From the IMG/VR virus record IMGVR_UViG_3300030085_002431, positions 1-64,000 of that record: a DNA stretch of 64,000 nucleotides; one strand, 5' to 3'. Of this stretch, positions 10,541-19,200 are shown one piece after another. Below the pieces are notes generated by a model. It did no database searches and was not told the DNA's origin. It was given only the letters and a program-made list of their open reading frames with translations. Position 1 is the stretch's first letter; every line of letters begins with the position of its first letter. Both the position numbers and the translations under genes were made by a program.

Positions 10541-13465
10541 ATGGCAAAGTTAGGGATAAATACTGGTTCCACTCCAAATGATGGTACTGGTGACTCATTA
10601 TTAAGTGGTGCTATTAAAGTTAATTCCAATTTTGATGAAATTTACTCCGCATTAGGAGATGGTTCTACCATAACCAACTCTATTGACTTTGCGGTTATTG
10701 CTGGTTATTCTACAGCATCTGGTATTGCTACCTACGCATCAAATGCTGGTATTGCAACTCTTGCTAATTATGCTACAAGTGCTGGTATTGCTACCAATGC
10801 TTCTACTGCAACTTATGCAGTAAATGCTGGGTTTTCGACTGGAGCAGCAACTGCTGATGGATTAGCAGGTACACCAAACATTACAGTTGGTTTTGTAACT
10901 GCGTCGTACCTTTCTGGAGATGGTGGGAATATAACTGGTATCGTAACTAATCTTACTGCTGGGAATGGTATCTCACTATCAAACAATGGTGGTACAGTTA
11001 ATGTAACTAATAATAAATCGGATGATTATCCATCAAAATGGGTTCAGACTGGCTCTGGAATCCATACAATGGCTAATGTTGGAATTGGAACCACAACTCC
11101 ACTAGCAGATCTACATATTAACAGTTCTCAAGTAAAACTAACTGATAGTAGTTCTATAAATTTAGATGATAATAATGCAATTCATTTTGGTTCAAGTGGT
11201 TCTGGTGACTCTTCACTGTTCTGGGATGGTACAGATTTAATACTAGAGGCATCAACAGGCAAATTTACTGTTAAAGACTCGACTAATAAGATATTTGAAG
11301 CAGTTGGTGGAGAAGGACCAATATTATATTATGACGGAGTTGAAAAACTTCAAGTACAATCAAATACTGTTTCATTTACTTCTGATGTTAATGTTACTGG
11401 TGACATCTATACATCTGGTGTTTGTACTGCAGTTTCTTTTTCTGGACATGGTTCTAATTTAACTGGTATTGTTACATCAATTGTTGCTGGAACAAATGTA
11501 ACTGTAACAAACAATTTTGGAACTTATACCATCAATTCTAGTGGTGGTGCTGTTAGTACTCTTACTGGTCTTACTGATGTAACTCTTACATCTCCTTCTA
11601 ATGGTGATGTTCTAAAATATGATGGTAATGGTTGGATTAACGATACTACTGCTGGTACTTATGGTGATTCTAATGTAGATACACATCTGAATGTTAGTGG
11701 CGCACTTACGGGGCAAATATTAAGTTGGAACGGTTCTGATTATGCCTGGGTAACAGACCAGACTGGTGGAGGTAGTTCATATGCAAACTCTGATGTTGAC
11801 ACACATCTAAATGTTAGTGGTGCTACTTCAGGTCAAATTTTAAGTTGGAATGGTTCGGATTATGCTTGGGTAGCAGACCAGACTGGTGGGGGAGGTTCTT
11901 CAACTCCAGAAATTACATGGACTTTGACAGCAAATGGTTCATCACATTATCAATTTGCTGGTGATGGATTTCCAACTGCTCAAAATGACCCTACATTATA
12001 TCTTGTAAGAGGACAAACTTATAAGTTTGTTAATAATACTGGTGCTCATCCATTTAGAATCCAATCTACTACTGCGGCAACAGGTGGTGGTACACAATAT
12101 AACAGTGGTGTAACAAATCAAGATGCGGGTAATGGGGTTACCTTAACATTTGTCGTGCCAATGGATGCACCTGATACATTGTATTATCAGTGTACATCAC
12201 ACACGTCGATGTTTGGAACAATTAATATTCTGTCAACTAGTAGTGGTGGTGGTTCATATGCAAACTCTGATGTTGACACACATCTGAATGTCAGTGGTGC
12301 ATCCACTGGTGAAATCCTTAGTTGGAATGGTTCTGATTATGCCTGGGTAGCAGACCAGACTGGTGCTTCCTATGCTAATTCGGATGTAGACACGCATTTG
12401 AATGTCAGTGGTGCTACATCAGGTCAAATCCTCATCTGGAATGGTTCTGATTATGATTGGGTATCAGAGGCTGGTATTACGACTTCAAGGATAAATGCTA
12501 ATACTCTGAATGTTACTGGTGTTGTTACTGCCACATCTTTCAATGGTAATCTAGATGCTTCCGATCTTGCTTCTGGAACTATACCTGATGCTAGATTCCC
12601 AGCAACACTTCCAACAGCATCTGGTGCTAATTTAACCAATCTCCCTTCATCACAATTAACAGGTGCCCTTCCTGCTATTGATGGTTCAGCACTTACTAAT
12701 TTACCATCATCTGGAACTCCATCTTACACTGATGTTCAGGTTGTATATGAGTTAACCAGTAATTCTAGTAGTTCAAATGGGTGGAGGATTAATGGAAACG
12801 CATTTACTAATACTACTGATAATCCAGACATATACTTAGTAAGAGGACAAAAATATCGATTCATCAATAATTCGGGTGGTTCGCATCCATTCCGTATACA
12901 AGACTCTGCGACATCAGCATACAACGCAGGTGTAACGAACAATGGAGCAACATCAGGTAACATTGATTTTATCCCCCAAAATGGTGCTCCAACACTATTA
13001 TACTATAATTGCACCAATCATAGTGGTATGCTTGGTAAAATTTATATTATTGGAGAACCAGGAAGAACAGTAAAAAATGCAGAAACTGCATCCATTGCAC
13101 AGGGAGCTTATGATGATATAACAATCCCAACAACAGGTAAAACATTTGCTTTACTTAAGATTCTGATCGGTGACCCTGCATGGGTAATATTGTATACAGA
13201 TGCGGCAAGTAGAACAGCTGATGCTGCAGGGACTGTAAATGGTAGAGCAGAGGGAACAGATCCAGCACCTGGTTCAGGTGTATTGGCAGAAGTGAGTAGC
13301 ACATCTTCGGGTTCGACTACATTTAAAATGACACCAGGATTGATTGGTTGGAATGATGACAGCACACCTGCTGCACAGGTTTATGCAAGAGTTTACAATA
13401 AGAGAGCAACAGCAGGTTCTAACACGGTTCTTGTAGCACTTACAACTGTTAATATAGAGGCATAA
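10541..13465 (+). CDS. mosaic tail-fibre/baseplate-attached fibre protein with two cupredoxin-like domains
   Basis: N-terminal GINTGSTPNDGTGDSLLSGAIKVNSNFDEIY anchor motif; GDGxxLTGIV fibre repeats; four 36-aa repeats; two HPF...CxxHxxM domains. Confidence 0.8.
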   Translation: MAKLGINTGSTPNDGTGDSLLSGAIKVNSNFDEIYSALGDGSTITNSIDFAVIAGYSTASGIATYASNAGIATLANYATSAGIATNASTATYAVNAGFSTGAATADGLAGTPNITVGFVTASYLSGDGGNITGIVTNLTAGNGISLSNNGGTVNVTNNKSDDYPSKWVQTGSGIHTMANVGIGTTTPLADLHINSSQVKLTDSSSINLDDNNAIHFGSSGSGDSSLFWDGTDLILEASTGKFTVKDSTNKIFEAVGGEGPILYYDGVEKLQVQSNTVSFTSDVNVTGDIYTSGVCTAVSFSGHGSNLTGIVTSIVAGTNVTVTNNFGTYTINSSGGAVSTLTGLTDVTLTSPSNGDVLKYDGNGWINDTTAGTYGDSNVDTHLNVSGALTGQILSWNGSDYAWVTDQTGGGSSYANSDVDTHLNVSGATSGQILSWNGSDYAWVADQTGGGGSSTPEITWTLTANGSSHYQFAGDGFPTAQNDPTLYLVRGQTYKFVNNTGAHPFRIQSTTAATGGGTQYNSGVTNQDAGNGVTLTFVVPMDAPDTLYYQCTSHTSMFGTINILSTSSGGGSYANSDVDTHLNVSGASTGEILSWNGSDYAWVADQTGASYANSDVDTHLNVSGATSGQILIWNGSDYDWVSEAGITTSRINANTLNVTGVVTATSFNGNLDASDLASGTIPDARFPATLPTASGANLTNLPSSQLTGALPAIDGSALTNLPSSGTPSYTDVQVVYELTSNSSSSNGWRINGNAFTNTTDNPDIYLVRGQKYRFINNSGGSHPFRIQDSATSAYNAGVTNNGATSGNIDFIPQNGAPTLLYYNCTNHSGMLGKIYIIGEPGRTVKNAETASIAQGAYDDITIPTTGKTFALLKILIGDPAWVILYTDAASRTADAAGTVNGRAEGTDPAPGSGVLAEVSSTSSGSTTFKMTPGLIGWNDDSTPAAQVYARVYNKRATAGSNTVLVALTTVNIEA
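11660..12475 (+). repeat. four coding repeats of about 108 nt (YxxSxVDTHLNVSGAxxGxILxWNGSDYxWV)
   Basis: Copies at 11660-11767, 11780-11887, 12257-12364 and 12371-12475. Confidence 0.92.
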
Positions 13466-16257
13466 TGGCAATTTTATTAGTTAACGTAAAACTAAGAGAC
13501 GGAGTTGACCAAAACTCATTTGTCAGTGAATTTGACTCCGTGTCAGAAGTAACTGTAAAAAATTTATTACCAAATATTCCAAATCTTGTTGTTTTTAATG
13601 TTGAGGAATCATATTTAAGTACACTTAAATCACACCCTTCTGTTGATTTCGCAGAAGAAGAAGAAACGTCATTTCCTGCCGTCACGTATCCATCTCTACC
13701 ATCTGTATATACAATATCTAATAAAACAGTATCTAGTAATAGTTTTATTGGAATAAATGGTAGTAAAGATGGAACAGATTATATTTCGTATCAACACTAT
13801 CTTGATACCGATATAATGCAGGAATTGGGCAACCTTAAAGTAGGTAATGCAGATTCTTCAATATATACAAAAATTGGTCTCAAGAGTTGGACTCATACAC
13901 ATAATGCACCAATACTGTTTACCCAAGCATTAGATGATTCCACAGGTAATTATAATCAACCACAGTGGTTACAAGATTACTATGATGATATTGTAGCAAT
14001 TCCATCTAATGCTACAGCAACTCTCACAACAGTTGCTACTGGTGGACACAATGCATTTGTAAATTCAAATGCAGATGGTGCTACCCTTCAGGCAGCAATT
14101 AGAAATTTTGTAGGTTCAACTAATCCATCTGGAACTATTACAAACAGTCAGATTGGTATTGCTCCTTCAGCAGGTCAAACTTATACTGTAGATGGTACAT
14201 CATATCCAGTTATGGGTAAATTATATGTGCCTACTGGTCTAGCATCCAGTCAAATTGATGTTGTAGTTGTATTTCATGGAACTCAATCTGATGGTGCATC
14301 TGGGGACACCATTGCAACTGCAGCATTTAATATGCTTGACAGATTTGTAGATAATACTGTCACAGACCTCAATATAAGAGATAAGATTGTTTTTTCTGTT
14401 GCATATCCTCAGGATAATATCTCTAACGCAAGAAATTTAAGTGTATCTGGTACTGGTACAGAGACATCAACATTCTTAATGGGAGATAACCTTCCGTATG
14501 CTAGAGCAGCAGTTGGTTGGGTCAAAAACTCTTTGAATAGTTTTATGTCGTCAAACAGCATTAGTAAAACTATTGGAGATGTTTATCTATTTGGTCACTC
14601 TCAAGGTGGTAAACTTGTCAGTAAAATTAACACCTTAGATACTGGCATTGCTGGTGTAATTGCAAATGCACCTGGTCCTATTGAGTTTGAACTAACTTGC
14701 TCAGTAGCAGGAGGATACAGCTGCAATAAAATTGCTGCAATTCATGGCACTGCTACCGCTATTGGTAGGTCTACTTATGATGAAATCACTTCATACCCAA
14801 GTCAAACTTATTCCAGTAGATATACGGGCAAATACGTAGACATTGTTACATTAGAGGGTGGAGGTGGTTTCACTGGAACTACATATCAAGGATATCAAGA
14901 TACTCACCCTGATTTTGATGACCCAGATAATACAGGAACTACAAGATGTGTTCCAATGGATTGGAATGGTTGCTCAGAGACATACAACACTCAAGTGACT
15001 CCCAATAACATGTTTGCTGCTCATGCTATAGGAACTTTGAGTACTGCTGGTGGATTGAATTCTGGATTTGCTAAAAAAGCAAAGCTTTATGCAGCGTATA
15101 CACAAGAAGGTTTAGCAACGGCATGTAATGCTATTATTCATTTTCACAATAATAAGAGTGTAAATTCAACAACAGGACTTAAAGACCCTACAATTGTAAT
15201 CGGTGAGTTTCAATATTTGCGAGATACATTTCAGGGTATAAAAGTTGATGAAATTGCCTCTATTACAGATCCTACTGGAGGGACAACAAATAGACCAGTT
15301 AGTGGATGGGGTTCTGATTTTACTCCATTTACAAGCAGAAATATTTTTCCATATCAAGTACAAGACCCCGATGATAGTTCATGGCACTGGATGGTTACCT
15401 TCCCTGACCAATCTCAATCTAGTGTCGTAAAAACTGCAATCGATTCTCTTTATGATAATGGAATTATTTTCATAACTGCTGCAGGTAACAATGGAGGAAC
15501 ATACGTTAAAGAGAGTGATTCTAGATGGAGTGGAACATATTGTACGACAGACTCAACTTACAAAAGCTATGGTATAACTTATAATAATGGTGTAGCATCT
15601 CCTACTAATGTTTCTGGTGCTAGTAATTGGTTTCCATTTAGAGCTTATGGTCCTCATGGTTTAGATAAGGGAATAGATGTTGCTGCAGGGCAAAATAGTG
15701 AAACTCTTGGTATGATTGAAGGATATAGTAATAGAGGACCAGGTATTGATATTGTTGGAAGAGGAGCAAATACATTTTCTGCCAAGCCAACCAACACCGA
15801 TACTAATGGAAAACAATGGGGAGACTTTTCTGGAACAAGTTGTGCTGCACCAACAGTTGCTGGTAAAGCAGCATGTATGATGGAGGAGTATTATACTCTT
15901 CATGGTGCTTGGCCTAACTTTGCACAAGTTAAAAACATGTTGCAAACTGAGGCAAGAAATGGAAATAATCGTATTATTGATCCAGAATCTACAACTTGGT
16001 CAAATGTTCCAGCAGCATCAAGTAGTAGTATTGAAATCAAGAGTCAATCGGAATATCCGAATGCTGATGCACTTCTTCGTATTCAATCATCAGGAACTAG
16101 TGGAAATGGTGGTTTCCAATTCGCAGAACTTGCGGGTACTCCCAAGTTTTTTGCTTTCTTGGATACAAGAGGGTATTCGAGAGAACAAACCAATGGTAGG
16201 AGACCTACATCAGGTGTGATGTATCCCAGACCAAGGAACGTTAGTGATGTGGAATAA
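13465..16257 (+). CDS. subtilisin-family (S8) protease with N-terminal prodomain and inserted alpha/beta-hydrolase
   Basis: Prodomain ending LKSHPSVDFAEEE; TGKYVDIVTLE; HAIGTLSTAGG (H520); AAGNNG; FSGTSCAAPTVAG (S792). The insert carries VVFHG and FGHSQGG. Confidence 0.85.
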   Translation: MAILLVNVKLRDGVDQNSFVSEFDSVSEVTVKNLLPNIPNLVVFNVEESYLSTLKSHPSVDFAEEEETSFPAVTYPSLPSVYTISNKTVSSNSFIGINGSKDGTDYISYQHYLDTDIMQELGNLKVGNADSSIYTKIGLKSWTHTHNAPILFTQALDDSTGNYNQPQWLQDYYDDIVAIPSNATATLTTVATGGHNAFVNSNADGATLQAAIRNFVGSTNPSGTITNSQIGIAPSAGQTYTVDGTSYPVMGKLYVPTGLASSQIDVVVVFHGTQSDGASGDTIATAAFNMLDRFVDNTVTDLNIRDKIVFSVAYPQDNISNARNLSVSGTGTETSTFLMGDNLPYARAAVGWVKNSLNSFMSSNSISKTIGDVYLFGHSQGGKLVSKINTLDTGIAGVIANAPGPIEFELTCSVAGGYSCNKIAAIHGTATAIGRSTYDEITSYPSQTYSSRYTGKYVDIVTLEGGGGFTGTTYQGYQDTHPDFDDPDNTGTTRCVPMDWNGCSETYNTQVTPNNMFAAHAIGTLSTAGGLNSGFAKKAKLYAAYTQEGLATACNAIIHFHNNKSVNSTTGLKDPTIVIGEFQYLRDTFQGIKVDEIASITDPTGGTTNRPVSGWGSDFTPFTSRNIFPYQVQDPDDSSWHWMVTFPDQSQSSVVKTAIDSLYDNGIIFITAAGNNGGTYVKESDSRWSGTYCTTDSTYKSYGITYNNGVASPTNVSGASNWFPFRAYGPHGLDKGIDVAAGQNSETLGMIEGYSNRGPGIDIVGRGANTFSAKPTNTDTNGKQWGDFSGTSCAAPTVAGKAACMMEEYYTLHGAWPNFAQVKNMLQTEARNGNNRIIDPESTTWSNVPAASSSSIEIKSQSEYPNADALLRIQSSGTSGNGGFQFAELAGTPKFFAFLDTRGYSREQTNGRRPTSGVMYPRPRNVSDVE

Positions 16258-16260
16258 ATA
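16253..16260 (+). promoter_or_regulatory. T4-type late promoter (AATAAATA)
   Basis: Overlaps the stop codon of the preceding gene, 38 nt before ATG 16299. Confidence 0.55.
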
Positions 16261-16298
16261 TTCCTTATGAGAGTACTAGTCAATAAAGAGCAAAATAA

Positions 16299-19200
16299 AT
16301 GAGAACAGTACCAGGTTCAGGAGCACAATTCACTCCAATCTTCAACTCTGACTATGGTGTAGAGTCCTTTACCATAGGGGCTGGTGGAACTGGTTATGAT
16401 TCAAATGACCCACCAAAAATAGAAGTTCAAGATACAAATCCACCTGTAACAGAAGGCGTCTTTTTCCCAATCATTAGAAGTGGAGAAATTGTAAGGATTG
16501 CTGTACTTGAAAGTGGATTTGGATATTCTCCATTGACAGTTAATGAAGGTACAAAGGTTGGTATTGCAACTACTTCTTTTGTAGAAAGTTCTTTACTAGT
16601 AAGAACTGGTGTTGGTTCAGAAGTTTCTGTTTCTGTAGCAGGTACAGAATCCCATATTATTATGGATGTCCAGGGAAGTGATGGCACTTCTATTTTAGAA
16701 AACGGTTATAATAAGACAATCACTCAAACTGGTTATGCTGGAACATCGGCTCCTGTTGTTCCAGATGGTAGTGGTAATCAGAATGCTTTCTATGGTTTTA
16801 CTCATCCATTTGAGGCATATAAGACTAGTGGTATAGGAACTGGGGCAAAATTCAACGTATTCATTGTGTATGCATCTCTAGGAGATGGTAGTGCTATTTC
16901 AACATCCATTGTCCTTCGTGAAGGTGGTAGAAACTATGCTGTGGGAGATACAGTTTCTATCGCTGGTACTTATATGGGAGGACAAACCCCATTAAATGAC
17001 CTTTCATTTACCGTAAATACTGTTGCAAATACAAGAATCCCAGCAGAAGCAAATGCAGTATATTCCAACTTAGAAGCAACAACAGAAGTTGGTTCTGGTA
17101 CTAGTGCAAGATTTGAAGTTGCAAGAGATGGTCTTGGTGATATTTCACGAATTGATGTTGAATATGGTGGTGTTGGGTATGCGTTAACCAGTTTACTTAA
17201 AATAGAAGGGACGCAAGTTGGTGGTTTATCTCCTGCAGATGATATATTTTTATCACCAAGAGAACTTGGTGCGGACACACTTCCATCTAAAGTCTATGTT
17301 CAGAAGTTAGATGATAACAATTTTACTGTTTCTGGATTATCCACATCAGCAAGATTAGATATCACTTCTGTTGGAACTGGAGTTCATTCATTTGAATATC
17401 CAGATTCTGATGAGAGCACTATAATTTCTATTGATAATATAGTTCAAAATTCTCTTTACAGAAGAGATTTAAATGTCGGTCTTGCACAAACAGTTGGATT
17501 TACCGACGATAAGATATATTTGACAGGTGTCTCATCTATTACAGTTGCTGATACTATTCAAATAGGAACAGAATACTTTAAAATCAATACCATGGGTATT
17601 GGTGCTACAAACGAGATTGGTGTTACTAGGGGATATCTGGGTACTAAAACGAATTACCACCCTGTTGGAACTGCTATAACTATCCATAGAGGGGATTATA
17701 ATGTCGTTAAAGACCAAATTCATTTCACAACTGCACCATATGGTCCGACTGGACCAGAAGGATTGAAAATTAATTCATCCTTTAGTGGTAGAGCATTTAG
17801 TAGAAGGTTTGATCCAGGAACACCTAATGATAAAAATGTTATATTCGATGATTTATCAACACAATTTGTTGGTTCTTCTTCTACGGAGTTTTTCTTAAGA
17901 TCCAATGAACAACCTGTGGTTGGAGTTTATACGAATACTAATACTGTTTTAGCAAGTGGTGTTGATGTAAATAACCATCCTTTAATTTTTATCAATAATA
18001 TCCCCCAAATTTCAGGAACAGACTTTACTGTTGATAGTGCTTCTGGGGAGAATAGACTTAGATTTTTAACGGGTTCACCTTCTGCTGGTAAGATAGTAAG
18101 AACTGGTATTACTAGTGGTATTGGATATGCTCCATTAATTGGTGCTGGTGCAACCGTATCTATTGCTGGTGGACAAGTTACAGGCATCACTCTTAGGGGT
18201 TTTGGTAGTGGATACAGACAACCACCATTAATTACATTAGATTCTTCTACAGGCACAGGTGCAGCATTTACATGTACTGTTGGTGCTGGTGGAACATTAA
18301 CTGGAATTAGTGTTTTATCTCCTGGCAGTGGATATCCTGAAAATCGTTATGCTAATATCTCAACATCAACTTACACTCCATCTACAGGTCTATTATCAAT
18401 TACCTCTCCAAATCATGGTGTAGAAACTGGAGATTCTGTAAAAATTGCAGACAACAGTATTATATTTACTTGCACCTCTGATGGAAATTCTTCACAAGTA
18501 ACATATCCACGTTCAACAGACCCTGCTTCTAATAAGTGGTTACCTGCAACTAAAGTTGATGATGATACGATTGAAGTTAATGTGGGTTCATCGAATTTTG
18601 TATACTTCACTCCTACTGGTGCAAATTACGATCCTGCAACAGGAGTGATGGAGTTGACTATTGGTAGTCATAGTTTAGCTGCTAATACAAAAATTAAACT
18701 AGCAAATAACTCACTCACATTTACATGTGATAAGGATGGTAATACAACTCAACATCAATATCCACGTTCAACTGACCCATATTATGATACTTCAATTGTT
18801 ATTGATTCAGTTACTGCAACCACAATTACGATTAACGTAGGTGCAGCAGCACCTTCAGATCAGTATGCTCATACGTTCGTATCTGCTCTTCCTTTTTCAG
18901 TTATATCTGGTGGCAATTATCCACATACATTTGTAAATGCATTACCAAATGCATTGGTTATAGAAGTTGAGACCGTAGATGTTAATATTGGAATCCCATC
19001 AAACTATTTCAAAGTCCCACTTGTTTATTCTGATGGTTCTACTGGAAACGGAGAGGGTGCAAGTGCAGATATAGTTGTTGGAAATAGTGGTGATATAATT
19101 TCATTCCAGATGTATGATCCTGGTGAATTTTATGCAGTTGGAGATATCCTAACCCCAGATACATCATCTAATGGTTTAGTTACTTCAACATCTGGGACAT

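Noticed and set aside
11660-12475. Regularly spaced repeats as a possible CRISPR array
   Set aside because: They are in-frame, degenerate at third positions, about 108 nt long and lack unique spacers or cas genes.
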